Source of the DNA: Acidobacteriota bacterium
GTDB lineage: Bacteria > Acidobacteriota > UBA890 > WLXD01
Assembly (NCBI GenBank): GCA_965205505.1
Contig: CBDBHB010000009.1
Span: forward strand, 1,280,001 to 1,344,000
Direction of reading: 5' to 3'
DNA length: 64,000 nucleotides
Part shown: positions 19,154 to 30,327 of the stretch, in pieces
Layout: the number at the start of each line of letters is the position of its first letter
Numbering within the stretch: position 1 is the first letter of the stretch
Notes under the pieces: model-generated
What the model saw: only the letters and a program-made list of their open reading frames with translations
Told to the model about the DNA's origin: nothing
Database searches by the model: none
Program-made: the position numbers and the translations under genes

Positions 19154-22086
19154 CCCAATCGCCTCCCTTGAGGTAAATCACCGAAGGCTGCGTGTCGAGA
19201 TCCTCCAGCAGGTGGTAGGCGCGGTTGCTGCGAGCGCGTCGTGCGACGCGGCTCGACGGATTTTCCAGATCGCCAAAGACGATCGCCTCGGCCGGGCACG
19301 ACTGTGCACAGGCCGGCTGGATCTCGCCATCGTTCACCTCGCGCTCCTCGTCTTTCGCGTGGTCCTGGGCGTCCTGGATGCGCTGCACGCAGAAGGTGCA
19401 TTTCTCCATGACGCCGGCCGGTCGGGGGCTCACGTCGGGGTTGAGCTGCCGATCCAACGGCGTTGGCCAGTCGCCGGAGTGGAAATTGAACACGCTCACC
19501 GTGTAGGGGCAGTTGTTGGCGCAGTAGCGCGTGCCGATGCAGCGGCTGTAGACCATCGCATTGAGGCCCTCGTCGGTGCGGTACGTAGCGTAGACCGGAC
19601 AGACGGGCTCGCAGGGCGCCTCGGCGCAATGCTGGCAGAGCACCGGCCGAAAACGCACCTTGATGTCGGGAAACTCGCCCTCGTACTCGCGCTCGATGCG
19701 AAGCCAGTGCATGGCGCGCCCGTTGGCGGCCTCCTCGGCACCCACCGATTGGATGTTGTTCTCGGCGGCACAGGCCACGACGCACGCCTCGCAGCCGGTG
19801 CACACGTCGGTGTCGATAACCATTCCCCAGCGCGTCATGCGACGTCCTCGGGGCGCGCTCCCTGTGGCCGCCCAGCCGACCGGAATCCTCTCGTTCTGGC
19901 CGCGCTCGGCGAGACGAGCGCCGTGACGTATCAGTGTTCCGGGAGCCAGACGCTCGATCCTCACCCGCGTTGCTGCCCATGCCGGCACGGCCCGGCCGGC
20001 GACCTCGATCCCGCCGACCAGGTCAAGCGGGTTCGCTCCCCGGCCTCGAGCGTAGCGCCCGTAGTCTCGATGTCCTTGGCCCCTCGGCACGCCGACAAGG
20101 CCAGGACGAACAGCCGGGTCGATGACGGCTGCGACCTCGATCGAGCCGGCCGGCGACTCGATCCTGAGCCGGTCGCCGTCACGGATGCCGAGATCGTCGG
20201 CGTCGGCGGGCGACAGCTCCGCCCAGCTGTCCCACATGACGGTCGACAACGGGTCCGGGAGCTCCTGCAGCCAGGGTCGGTTCGCTCCGCGACCATCGCC
20301 GAGCTTCACCGACTCGAACAGTTGGAGTACGAACGGGAAGCGTGTCTCGTCGCCATTGAACACCGCCTCGCTGGCTTCGGGTGCACCCTCTGTGGGGCCG
20401 GGTGGCGTCATCGTCAGCGCTTCGCGGACGAAGACACCACCCCGTGCCAACGCCTCGGAGGCCGTCGAGGGCAGCTCGGGTGGGGCCGTGTCCGCTAACC
20501 GCTGCAGCTCCTCGTCGACGCGCGACCGTGCCAGCGACGCGAAGCTCGACCACGGGAGCTCGTTGGCAATCGGCTCACCCAGGGCGGTTGCAGTAGCCAG
20601 GATGATATCGCCCACGTGGTGCCCTTCTCCGAGCGGCTCGACAACCGGACCCGCCAAGCCGAGCGCCGGCACCCCGACGGACGTCGTCGGTTCGACGGCG
20701 CTGAACTGCTCGAGCTCAGTGTGCAGGGGCAGGAGCAGGTCCGCGTGATGAGCGGTGTCGTCGAGGAAGCTGCTCAGCACGATGATCTTGCCCGCCCCGG
20801 AAAGCGCCTCCGCGAACCCCCAGCTGCGAGGCAGCGTGTGTAGAGGATCGTTCGCGGCGATCAGCAGGGTCTCGACGGGTTCGGCCGACTCCCCACGGAG
20901 GCGCGGCAGGAGTTGTGTCATCGAGCCGTCGACGGCGTTGGTCGGGGCGATGCCGCTCGCCAGCCTGAACGACGCGGGAGCGAACACGCCGCCGGGTTGT
21001 CCGAGATTGTCGAGCAGGAGGTTCAGAGCCAGGGCAGCTACTACATTGAACAGCCCATTGGAATGTGCCGCCGCCGAGCCGCCGGCGATTACCATGCCGC
21101 GATCCGCGGCACCGAGCTCCAGACTGATTCGACGAATCCTGTCGGCCGGTAGGTCACAGACGGCGGCGCCCTCATCGAGCGTCGGCGGCTCGATGGCGAA
21201 CAGGGCGCCATAGCGCGCCCGGGCGGCCTCGTTGATCGACACCTCCGCCAGCAAGACGCCGGCGATGGTGCGTGCCAGCATTCCCTCGGTGCCGGGGCGC
21301 GGCGCCAGCCACTCGTCGGCGTTGGCCGCCGTCAACGACATGCGCGGCTCCGCATGCACGAGCTTGCCGCGCCGGCCTGGTCGACCACGGCGCATGCGCG
21401 CCAGCATGCGCGTGTAGTGCACGGGGCTACGCCAGCGATCGAGGAAGGGTGCTCCGATCGACAAGGCGTAGTCGGTGCGCCCGAGGTCGAAATAAGGCAT
21501 GTCGTCGACGCCGAGACTGATTGCTGCGGCCTGTTGCTGCGGCCTGCCGCTCCACCTCGAGCTCCGGAGGCTCCAGGAAGGCCGGGGGTGGTGCACCGAC
21601 CGCCGCAGCGAAGCGGTGCCAGAGCGCACCCACCAGACCGGATCGTTCCGAGGCGAGAATCGCCAGCCGTTCGCCGGGCGTGGCCGCGATCGTCTCGACG
21701 ACGTCGGCCAGTGCCTCCTCCCACGAGATTTCCTCGAACTGCCCCTCGCCGCGCGCGCCGCTGCGCCGCTGGGGAAGCAAGATCCGATCGGGATTGTAGA
21801 GCTCTTGCAACAGGGACTGGCCCAGCGCGCACAGGCCGCCCTGATTCACCGGGTGTTCGGGGTTGCCTTCGATCTTCTTGGCGTTGCCGTCGACCACACG
21901 GACCTGGATGCCGCACCCCGCCGAGCATTGCTGGCACACTCCGAACCGCCAGGTGCTCTCGCCCGCAAGCTGGTCGGGGCGCATCGCCGGCTGTATGAGC
22001 ACCTGGTCTTCCGGCCGCGAGCAGCCTTCGAGCAGCGACACGCCGGCTGCCAGAGTCGTTGCTTTCAGAAAGTCTCGTCTACGCAC
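19137..22086 (-). pseudogene. ActB/QrcBC-like molybdopterin-oxidoreductase-fold plus 4Fe-4S protein, frameshifted by a 13-bp duplication at 21521-21546
   Basis: Tat RRDFLK, CQQCSAGC, GGLCALG; downstream frame has NRPWLQELPDP and Fe-S motifs CTGCEAC, CQHC..CEPVCP, CIGTRYC, CTFC. Confidence 0.8.
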
Positions 22087-22112
22087 TCTGCTCTCCGCGG
22101 GGCACAATCACC

Positions 22113-22610
22113 TCAATGGTGGCAGGTGAGGCAATCGATGCTGGCGCCTTGCTGCTGATGGCAGCTCACGCACCAGCCCATGTCGGCCACGTCGACGGCC
22201 TGGCGCGCGACGGTCATCTCACCGACGTTTCCGTGGCAGCTGTCGCACGATACGCTGGCGCGCGCATGGGGCTTGTGCTTGAAGTGCACCATCGCCGCGT
22301 CCGGGATCACGTTGACTCGGTTCCACACCAGCGGCTCGCGGTTGCGGAAGCGCTCGATCACCTTCATCACCTCCGGGTGATCGGGGATGATGGCCCGCCG
22401 GTGGCACGTGGCGCACCCTGCGAGCGGCGTGAGGCCGGCCTGAGCCTGCGTCTCGGCACCCGGGTGGCAGCTCGTGCAGGCGATCTCGTTGTCGACGTGC
22501 GCCTTGTGGCTGAAGGCGACAGCCTGGGAAGGCGGCTGTGGCTCGGGCGTGCACCCGGCTACCCAGAGCAGGCACACGAGCGGCAGCAGATTGACTCAAG
22601 ATCGGCGCAT
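22113..22610 (-). CDS. Pentaheme cytochrome c lipoprotein (ActA/QrcA-like); in-frame TGA at 22596-22598 within the probable signal peptide
   Basis: Five CxxCH motifs (CTSCH, CATCH, CDSCH, CVSCH, CLTCH); lipobox VAGC; ATG at 22610 is in frame but codon 5 is TGA. Confidence 0.8.
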
Positions 22611-22826
22611 GACGGCCAGACTATACGCGCTCGGTGCGAGTCAATCTGCTTGGCGGCCAGTACTGCTCCTTGTGGTTTTTCAGCACCCTGCTAGGCGACG
22701 GCAGAAGCCGCGCTGGCTCTCGATGCTCGGCGATCCCCCTTCCGCCAGACGGGCCCCTGAGGCTAAGCTGCCTCGATTCGCAGGTTTCCCCGTCGTTCGA
22801 GTTGTCCTGATCGAGAGGCTAAGGCG

Positions 22827-23867
22827 TTGAAGAGCTGGATATCCGGGAGCATCACCTGCGCCGCGCTGGCGGCAATAACGGTTGCGAGCGCTAGCGCGGG
22901 CCAGACCAACCTCACCACTAACCCGGCCTTCGATGGCAGCCTCGCTTGGTCACCCGATGGCAGCAGGATCGCGTTCGTGACCAATCGCGATGGTGATCGC
23001 GAGATCTACGTGATGAAGGCGGATGGCTCCGACCAGGTCAATCTCACCGCGAACCCCGAGTACGACGAGTGGGATCCGGTCTGGTCCACGGACGGTTCCA
23101 GGATCGCCTTCGAGTCCGACCGGCACGGGCGCACGTCGGGCTGGAACTTCATCATGAACGCCGATGGCAGCGACGCAGACGTGCTGTCGAGCAATGGCTA
23201 CATCAACGGCGATCCGCGGTGGTCTCCCGACGGCAAGTGGATCACCTTCTACACCAGCTCTGGACGGCTCGGGAACGGTGATATCTCCATCATGGATGCC
23301 GAGGGCACCGAATACGTCGCCTGGTACGGCAAGTACCTGAACCTGACGGAGAACGGCCTCGGCAACCGGAACCCTGCATGGTCGCCCGACGGATTCCGCA
23401 TTGCCTTTGCAAGCCAGCGTGATGACAACGGCGAGATCTATGTCATGGACGACGACGGCGCCGAGCAAGTGAACCTCACGAACAGCCCTGCCGACGACGA
23501 CTTTCCAGCCTGGTCACGGGACGGCTCCAGGATCGTGTTCGTGTCGAGTCACGGCCTCGGTCTCAGCGATATCTGGATCATCGGGGAGGACGGCAGCGAT
23601 CCGCGCAACCTCAGCAACGACGACTCGACGAACGAGAGCCCGGCCTGGTCGCCCGACGGCACCCGGATCGCCTTCGTGTCTGATCGGGACGGCAACCGCG
23701 AGATCTACCTCATGAACGCGGATGGCGGCGATCTCGTGAACCTGACCAACGACCCGGCCAGGGACGACAGCCCGGCCTGGTCGCCGAGTGGCGACAGGAT
23801 CGCGTTTGTCGCCAGCCGCGACGGCAATCGCGAGATCTATATGATGAGTGTCGAGGGCAACCGGTGA
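22827..23867 (+). CDS. TolB-like PD40-repeat beta-propeller protein
   Basis: Repeated P(A)WSPDGSRIAF.S.RDGN.EIY.M units. Confidence 0.88.
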   Translation: MKSWISGSITCAALAAITVASASAGQTNLTTNPAFDGSLAWSPDGSRIAFVTNRDGDREIYVMKADGSDQVNLTANPEYDEWDPVWSTDGSRIAFESDRHGRTSGWNFIMNADGSDADVLSSNGYINGDPRWSPDGKWITFYTSSGRLGNGDISIMDAEGTEYVAWYGKYLNLTENGLGNRNPAWSPDGFRIAFASQRDDNGEIYVMDDDGAEQVNLTNSPADDDFPAWSRDGSRIVFVSSHGLGLSDIWIIGEDGSDPRNLSNDDSTNESPAWSPDGTRIAFVSDRDGNREIYLMNADGGDLVNLTNDPARDDSPAWSPSGDRIAFVASRDGNREIYMMSVEGNR

Positions 23868-23877
23868 GGTCGGATTG

Positions 23878-25152
23878 ATGGCGAGCAGCATGCGAGCTTC
23901 AGGAGGTCGTCGGGGTTGCGCCTGGCTGGCTACCGCCCTCCTGATTGCCCTGCCGACGGGCGCGCTGGCGCAGGAATGGAGTCAGTGGAGGGGGCGCGAT
24001 CGCGACGGGGTAGTACACGATTTCGTTGCGCCCGAGACATGGCCGGAGGAGCTGCACCGGCGCTGGAAGGTGGAAGTCGGGACCGGGCATTCGACGCCGC
24101 TCGTCGTCGATGACCGGATCTACCTGCACACCCGCGACGTGGAAGCGGATGCCGAAGTGGTGCGAGCACTGCAACTGTCGGACGGGCAGGTGATCTGGGA
24201 GGACACGTACGCGGCGCCCTACCGCATGCACCCTGCCGGTAGAGCGTTCGGCAAGGGGCCGGTATCGACGCCAGTGGTCGCCGACGGCAGGTTGTTCACC
24301 CTCGGCAAGGGTGGCGCGGTGTCGTGCTACGACCTCGCGTCGGGGGAGCGTGTATGGCAGGAGGACTTCGGAGGGCAGTTCGCTGCCAAGTTCCCGCTGT
24401 ACGGCGCCGGCATGTCGCCGATCCTCGATGGCGGCAGGCTGATCGTCCAGGTCGGCGGACCCGACGACGGGGCGCTCATGGCGCTCGACCCAGCGACTGG
24501 CGAGATCATCTGGTCGCTGGAGGGGGACGGCCCGAGCTATGTCTCACCGATCGTGGTCGAGCTCGAAGGACAGCGGCAGGTCGTCACGCAAACCGATGCG
24601 CACATCATCAGCGTTGCAGTCGACTCCGGCCGCCTTCTGTGGCGCATACCCTTCCGCACCGAGTTCGACCAAAACGTGGTGACGCCGGCGCTACACGGCG
24701 ACAAGCTCATTCTCTCCGGCCTGAACCAGCCCCTGTTCGCAATTCGTCTGACTCGAGATGGGGACGCGTGGACAACGCAAGAGCTTTGGAGCAACCTGTC
24801 TACATCGCTGTACATGAGCACTACGGTGTCCATCGGAGATCGGCTCTTCGGCATGACCCATCGTCGCAAAGGGCAGTTTTTCGCCATGAGCGCCGAAACC
24901 GGCGAGACGATTTGGACCAGCGAGGGTCGCGAGGGGGACAACGCCTCGTTCCTGGTGCTCGACGGTCTGCTGGTGGTCCTTACGGACTCGGCGGAGTTGA
25001 TCCTGCTGCGCCCCGACGCCGTCGAGTTCGCGCCGCTGCGCCGCTACACCGTTGCCGATAGCCAAACGTGGGCGCACCCGGTCGCCACGCGCGACGGATT
25101 CTTGATCAAGGATCTCTCGAGCCTGGCGCTCTGGGGGTTCGAGGGGAGCTGA
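23878..25152 (+). CDS. PQQ-binding-like beta-propeller repeat protein
   Basis: WSQWRGRDRDG, STPLV, STPVV, SYVSP, TWAHP. Confidence 0.85.
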   Translation: MASSMRASGGRRGCAWLATALLIALPTGALAQEWSQWRGRDRDGVVHDFVAPETWPEELHRRWKVEVGTGHSTPLVVDDRIYLHTRDVEADAEVVRALQLSDGQVIWEDTYAAPYRMHPAGRAFGKGPVSTPVVADGRLFTLGKGGAVSCYDLASGERVWQEDFGGQFAAKFPLYGAGMSPILDGGRLIVQVGGPDDGALMALDPATGEIIWSLEGDGPSYVSPIVVELEGQRQVVTQTDAHIISVAVDSGRLLWRIPFRTEFDQNVVTPALHGDKLILSGLNQPLFAIRLTRDGDAWTTQELWSNLSTSLYMSTTVSIGDRLFGMTHRRKGQFFAMSAETGETIWTSEGREGDNASFLVLDGLLVVLTDSAELILLRPDAVEFAPLRRYTVADSQTWAHPVATRDGFLIKDLSSLALWGFEGS

Positions 25153-25155
25153 CGC

Positions 25156-25488
25156 GTGACAGAGGTCGGCCGCGTCGCCGGCGGTGTGCTGCAGCAGGCC
25201 GCCGATTGGCTGCGTGAGGGCAAGGTCGTGGCGCTCGCCACCGTGGTGCGGACATGGGGGTCTGCCCCACGCCAGCCCGGCAGCCACATGGCAATCGAGG
25301 AGGGCGGACACTTCGTCGGCTCGGTCTCGGGCGGCTGCGTGGAGGGCGCCGTGGTGTCGTCGTCGCGCCAGGTCATGGACACGGGCATCCCGCAACTGCT
25401 GGAATTCGGCGTTACCGACGAGGAAGCCTGGGCGGTGGGCCTCGCCTGTGGCGGTCAGGTCGACATCTGGGTCGAGCGCGTCGATTGA
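25156..25488 (+). CDS. XdhC/CoxF family, N-terminal half
   Basis: ATVVRTWGSAPR, GSVSGGCVE, GLACGG. Confidence 0.88.
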   Translation: MTEVGRVAGGVLQQAADWLREGKVVALATVVRTWGSAPRQPGSHMAIEEGGHFVGSVSGGCVEGAVVSSSRQVMDTGIPQLLEFGVTDEEAWAVGLACGGQVDIWVERVD

Positions 25489-26210
25489 AGGCCGCACTGC
25501 TGGAACGCATCATCGCCGACCGCGCCGCGAAGCGCGCCGTCGTGCTGGTTACCGACTTGCGATCGGGCGACCAGCGCTTGCTGTATCCGTTCGCTTCTGA
25601 CGGCGACGTGGCCCCGGGCCCGGAGAGCGGCGTTCCGGTTGACGACCTGCTGCTGGAGGGCGCCCGGGTGTCGGTGCGTGATGATCGCTCCGGGATCGTA
25701 GGCCACGGCGATCGCAAGCTGCTGTTGGATGTCTTCAACCCGCCGGTACGCGTCGTCCTCGTCGGTGCGGCGCACATCGCTCAGGCAATGGCGGCGATGG
25801 CGGCGATCAATGGCTTCGAGGTAGTGGTGGTCGATCCTCGTCGAGCGTTCGCTACACCGGAGCGGTTTCCAGGGGTCGAGTTGGTGCGGGACTGGCCGCA
25901 GAAGGTGTTGCCCGGGCTGCGTATCGATCATCGCACCGCGGTGGTGGCGCTGAGCCACGATCCCAAGATCGATGACCCGGCGCTGCAGCACGCCGTAGGG
26001 AGCCCGGCGTTCTACATCGGCGCGCTCGGCAGCAAGCGCAATCACGTCGCACGCATGGAGCGACTCGCCGAGGCCGGGTGTAGCGGCGCCGACCTGGCGC
26101 GCGTGCATGGCCCGGTGGGACTCGACATCGGCGCACGGACACCGGCCGAGATCGCCACCGCGATCCTGGCGCAGGTAATCGAGCGGCTGCGCAAGCGACG
26201 CGGATCGTGA
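25485..26210 (+). CDS. XdhC/CoxF family, C-terminal Rossmann half
   Basis: VGAAHIA, DPR..FA, HDPKIDD, YIGALGS, PVGLDIGA.TP.EIA; TTG start overlaps the upstream stop. Confidence 0.85.
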   Translation: MKAALLERIIADRAAKRAVVLVTDLRSGDQRLLYPFASDGDVAPGPESGVPVDDLLLEGARVSVRDDRSGIVGHGDRKLLLDVFNPPVRVVLVGAAHIAQAMAAMAAINGFEVVVVDPRRAFATPERFPGVELVRDWPQKVLPGLRIDHRTAVVALSHDPKIDDPALQHAVGSPAFYIGALGSKRNHVARMERLAEAGCSGADLARVHGPVGLDIGARTPAEIATAILAQVIERLRKRRGS

Positions 26211-26827
26211 GCCGTGCCGAGTACAGGGTTGGCGCGGTGCTGCTGGCGGCCGGGGAGTCGAAGCGCTTCGGCGACCGCAACAAGCTACTGACCGAGATCG
26301 CCGGCCGGCCGATGGTCAGGCACGTGGCGCGCGTCTTGGCGCAGTCGCTCGCCGATCCGGTTGTCGCGGTCACCGGCCACGATTGCGCCTTGGTGGCGGA
26401 GGCGCTCTCGGGATTACCTCTGCAGCTCGTCTACAACGCCGACTACGCGAACGGCATGAGCAGCACGCTTCGTGCCGGTGTGGCGGCGCTGACCACCGGC
26501 CACACACCGCCCGTCGACGGTGCGTTGATCTGCCTGGCCGACATGCCGTGGGTGCGACGGGAACATCTGGACGGGCTGATCGGAGCCTTCGATCCTGCAG
26601 CAGGGCGTCCGATCTGTGTTCCGGTATACGATCGCAGGCGCGGCAACCCCGTTCTATGGTCTGCTGACTATTTCGGACAGATCGATGAGATCACCGGTGA
26701 CGTCGGCGCTCGCGGGCTGCTCACACGCCACTCTGCCTGTGTGCACGAGGTAGCGTTCGGGGATTCGGGCGTGGCCTGCGACGTTGACTCGCCGGACCAG
26801 ATCCAGGGCCCGTTAGTGTCCCTTTAG
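26207..26827 (+). CDS. mocA: Molybdenum cofactor cytidylyltransferase (MocA-like)
   Basis: LLAAGESKRFG.NKLL, GMSS, LADMP, GNPVL, GDVGAR, DVD. Confidence 0.8.
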   Translation: MSRAEYRVGAVLLAAGESKRFGDRNKLLTEIAGRPMVRHVARVLAQSLADPVVAVTGHDCALVAEALSGLPLQLVYNADYANGMSSTLRAGVAALTTGHTPPVDGALICLADMPWVRREHLDGLIGAFDPAAGRPICVPVYDRRRGNPVLWSADYFGQIDEITGDVGARGLLTRHSACVHEVAFGDSGVACDVDSPDQIQGPLVSL

Positions 26828-26876
26828 GAGCACCGGAGATGTTGCGAGACCGAGACACGGACGACCAGGGAAAGCC

Positions 26877-27425
26877 GTGGCAACGCTGAAGATCAGCGAG
26901 TCGTTCAGCCTGCCGGCACCGCCAGAGCGTGTCTGGCCGTTGCTCACAGACCCTGCCGGTATCGCCGATTGTCTCCCCGGGGCAGAGTTGGAATCGGTCG
27001 ACGGAGACGTCTACCTGGGTACCGTCCGAGTCAAAGTCGGTCCGGTTACGGTGAACTACAACGGCCAGATCCGTTTCACCGAGGTCGACGAGGACAACCT
27101 ACGACTGCGCATGGTCGGTAACGGTACGGATCGTCGCGGCGGCGGCACCACATCGCTCACCATGCAGACCGTCGTGACGGAGGATAACGGCGGCGCCCTC
27201 GTCAGCATCGACGCCGATGTGCAGATTACCGGCAAGCTGGTGCGCTTTGCGCGCGGCATGTTTCAGGCGGTGTCGAAGCAACTGCTTGGTGAATTCGCCG
27301 AACGGCTCTCCCGAAAGCTCCAGGGCGAGGCCGCAGTGCCGGAAGGTGAGGGCGAGACGCTGGACGGCGGCAAGCTGCTGCTGCGCACGCTCGCCGACAA
27401 GCTCAGACGGTCCGACGACGACTAG
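26877..27425 (+). CDS. coxG: CoxG / SRPBCC family protein
   Basis: VW..L.DP..IA.CLPGA, VKVGPV; next to cox genes. Confidence 0.8.
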   Translation: MATLKISESFSLPAPPERVWPLLTDPAGIADCLPGAELESVDGDVYLGTVRVKVGPVTVNYNGQIRFTEVDEDNLRLRMVGNGTDRRGGGTTSLTMQTVVTEDNGGALVSIDADVQITGKLVRFARGMFQAVSKQLLGEFAERLSRKLQGEAAVPEGEGETLDGGKLLLRTLADKLRRSDDD

Positions 27426-28599
27426 GCCTGCTAGCTGTGTGGTCCGGACGCCGCGATAGCGCCATGCCGAGATCGTCGAGCGACGAGATGCTGTGGGCCG
27501 CACGCATCTCGTCAACATGCGGCAGCATGGCGCGGATTCCCGCGGCACGTGGCTCGAAGGCCTCGTAGCGCAGCAACGGATTGAGCCACACCAGTTGCCT
27601 GCACGAGCGCTTCAGGCGAGCCATCTCGTGTCCGAGTCCCTCGCCGTTGTCGCGGTCGAGCCCGTCGCTGATCAGCAGCACCACCGCTCCCGGGGCTAGC
27701 ACCCGGCGCGACCAGCGGAAGTTGAAGCGGCGTAAGCAGGGGGCGATGCGCGTACCGCTGTCCCAATCCGGCACCTCGCGCCCGAGGCACGAGAGCGCTG
27801 CATCGATGTCGCTGTGCTGCATCGTGCGGGTCACGTTGGTAAGGCGGGTGGCGAACAGAAACGTGTGTACCCGATGAGCGTCACTAGTGAACGCATGGGC
27901 GAAGTGCAACAGCATGCGGCTGTAGGTGCTCATCGATCCGGAGATGTCGCATAGCACCACCACCACCGGTGCGCGCCGCCGCGGCGCGCGCCATCGCAAA
28001 GGGATGCGGTCGCCGCCCTCGCGCAGGCTGGCACGGATCGTGGCGCGCAGGTCGGGGTGTCGGCCGCGCGCCACGGCGCGCGTCCGGCGCATAGCGAGCT
28101 GAGCCCAGGGGGGTCGAAGTCGGGCGATCATTGCTTTTGCCTGGGCAATCTCGTCGGCGCTCATCTGCTCGAAATCCTTGCTACGCAGCATCTCTCGTTG
28201 CGACCAACTCATGCGAGCAACGAGCTCGTGTGGCGAAGCTTCGTGCGAGCGTGTCGGCGTGCGCTGCTGCCAGGCCTCGGACAGGCGCCTACCACCCGGG
28301 TTCGACGAATCCGGCGAGGGTAATCGCGATTGCGATAGGAGCTCGGCGAGTGCCGGGTTGATCGCGGCGCGTTCCGGGTCTCGCCAGAAGCGGCGAAACG
28401 CCAGGTCGAAGAGCTCACGCTGCTCGTTGCGCTGTACCCACACCGCATGCAGGGTCCAGTAGAAATCCTCGCGGCGCGTTATGTCGATGGCTCCGAGCGC
28501 ACGCAGGGCCGCCAGGCTCCGTCCTGGCCCCACGGGAATTCCCAGGACGCGCAGCAGGCGCCCGAAATGCACCACGTTGACGGCCAGTTGGCCGCTCAC
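27403..28599 (-). CDS. coxE: CoxE-like VWA protein
   Basis: LCDISGSM MIDAS motif, FATRLTN, SGTRI, LISDGLD, WLNP. Confidence 0.88.
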   Translation of the reverse strand: MSGQLAVNVVHFGRLLRVLGIPVGPGRSLAALRALGAIDITRREDFYWTLHAVWVQRNEQRELFDLAFRRFWRDPERAAINPALAELLSQSRLPSPDSSNPGGRRLSEAWQQRTPTRSHEASPHELVARMSWSQREMLRSKDFEQMSADEIAQAKAMIARLRPPWAQLAMRRTRAVARGRHPDLRATIRASLREGGDRIPLRWRAPRRRAPVVVVLCDISGSMSTYSRMLLHFAHAFTSDAHRVHTFLFATRLTNVTRTMQHSDIDAALSCLGREVPDWDSGTRIAPCLRRFNFRWSRRVLAPGAVVLLISDGLDRDNGEGLGHEMARLKRSCRQLVWLNPLLRYEAFEPRAAGIRAMLPHVDEMRAAHSISSLDDLGMALSRRPDHTASRPSRRRTV

Positions 28600-29531
28600 G
28601 CTCCGGGCTCTACTAGCGTCGCCGCCAACTCCTTCTCGACCTGGCGAAGGATGCTCGCGGCCTCGTCGCCGCGGATGCGCGACAGGTCATCCTCGTATTT
28701 CAGCAGCACGCCAAGGGTGTCGTCGACGGTCTGGGGATCGAGCGAGGTCCGGTCGAGTGCTTGGAGGGCACGTGTCCAGTCAATCGACTCGGCCACTCCG
28801 GGTCGCTTGAACAGCTCGTGGTCGCGCAACGCCTGCACGAAGCCGACCACCTGCCGAGTCAAAGCCTCTGCTACCTCGGGGGCGCGCGCTCGTAGGATGC
28901 GCAGCTCCCGAGCGGCGTCTGGATAATCGATCCAGCAATACAGGCACCGCCGCTTGAGAGCGTCGTGAATCTCGCGCGTGCGGTTGGATGTGATCACCAC
29001 GACGGGGGGCTGTTCGGCGCGGAACGTGCCGAGCTCGGGCACGGTTACCTGGAAATCCGACAATATCTCGAGCAAGAAGGCCTCGAACGGCTCGTCGGCA
29101 CGATCGAGCTCGTCGATCAGCAGCACCGGCGGTCCGTTCGGGTGTGGCTCGAGCGCCTCCAGCAGCGGCCGCCGGATCAAGAAGCGCTCGGAGAAGATGC
29201 CGGCTTCCAGCGCGGCGCGGTCGTCGTCTCCGGTCGCCTCGGCGAGGCGGATCTCGATCATCTGGCGCGGATAGTTCCACTCGTAAACCGCAGTGGCTAC
29301 GTCGAGACCCTCGTAGCACTGCAGTCGGATGAGCCGGCGGCCCAGCGCCGTCGACAGCACCTTGGCGATCTCGGTCTTGCCGACCCCGGCCTCGCCCTCG
29401 ACGAATAGGGGGCGGCCGAGGGCCAGCGACAGGAAAACCCCCGTGGCCAGCGACCGGTCGGCGATGTAGTCGTGCTGCAGTAGCAGCTCGGATGTCGCGT
29501 CAACCGACTCCGGGGGCGCGCCTATCCGCAA
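28596..29531 (-). CDS. coxD: CoxD-like MoxR AAA+ ATPase
   Basis: [42 protein letters not shown]. Confidence 0.9.
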   Translation of the reverse strand: MRIGAPPESVDATSELLLQHDYIADRSLATGVFLSLALGRPLFVEGEAGVGKTEIAKVLSTALGRRLIRLQCYEGLDVATAVYEWNYPRQMIEIRLAEATGDDDRAALEAGIFSERFLIRRPLLEALEPHPNGPPVLLIDELDRADEPFEAFLLEILSDFQVTVPELGTFRAEQPPVVVITSNRTREIHDALKRRCLYCWIDYPDAARELRILRARAPEVAEALTRQVVGFVQALRDHELFKRPGVAESIDWTRALQALDRTSLDPQTVDDTLGVLLKYEDDLSRIRGDEAASILRQVEKELAATLVEPGA

Positions 29532-30316
29532 GCCTCCACCGCCCGCTTGGTCATTACTTTGATCAGGTGGGCTCGGTAGTCGGCGCTGGCGTCGCCGTCG
29601 TCCAGGAGGTCAGCACCGTCAATCTCGACGCCATCGACTGCCGCGGTGCTGAAATCGGCGTCCAGAGCGGTCTCCAGAGCCTCGGAACGGTACGCTCCGT
29701 AGCCCGCCCCGGTAACCGCGACGCGCGTGCCGCTGCCTGTCCGGGCGACCATTACGCCTACGAGGGCGTATTTCGACGCCGGGTTGGCGAACTTCTCGTA
29801 CGCTGCCGCCTGCGGAACGCTGAAGCGCACCGCGGTGACGATCTCGTCGTCCGCCAGAGCTGTTTCGAACATCGTGCCGAGGAAGTCGCGAGCCGGTATC
29901 TCGCGCCCATCGGTGATCACCGTCGCATCCAGCGCCAGCAACGCCGCCGGGTAGTCGGCGGCCGGATCGGCGTGTGCTACCGAGCCTCCGAGGGTGCCGC
30001 GGTTTCGCACCTGCGGGTCACCGATGCCGCCAGCCAGCTCCGCTAGCGCCGGAATTGCTCCACGCACAACCTCCGATGCAGCGACCTCCGCATGCGTGGC
30101 CGTGGCTCCGATCAGCAGCTGATCGCCCTGAGCCTCGATGCCGTCGAGCTCGGGTACGTCGCGTAGGCTGATCACGTCGCTCGGCAGGGCCAGGTCGAGC
30201 TTCATCACCGGCAACAAGCTCTGACCACCGGCCAGCAGCTTACCTTCGTCGGCGTTTTGGAGCGTCTGTTTGGCTTCGTCGATCGAGCGCGGACGATGGA
30301 AGTTGAAGTCTTGCAT
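29522..30316 (-). CDS. coxM: CODH/xanthine dehydrogenase family FAD subunit
   Basis: [29 protein letters not shown]. Confidence 0.9.
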   Translation of the reverse strand: MQDFNFHRPRSIDEAKQTLQNADEGKLLAGGQSLLPVMKLDLALPSDVISLRDVPELDGIEAQGDQLLIGATATHAEVAASEVVRGAIPALAELAGGIGDPQVRNRGTLGGSVAHADPAADYPAALLALDATVITDGREIPARDFLGTMFETALADDEIVTAVRFSVPQAAAYEKFANPASKYALVGVMVARTGSGTRVAVTGAGYGAYRSEALETALDADFSTAAVDGVEIDGADLLDDGDASADYRAHLIKVMTKRAVEACG

Positions 30317-30327
30317 CGTGTCCTCCT

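Noticed and set aside
22596-22598. Selenocysteine TGA in the cytochrome
   Set aside because: The codon lies in a signal peptide rather than at a Cys-type site, and no SECIS was recognised.
22827-23867. True tolB of the Tol-Pal system
   Set aside because: There is no TolB N-terminal domain and no tolQRA/pal neighbours.
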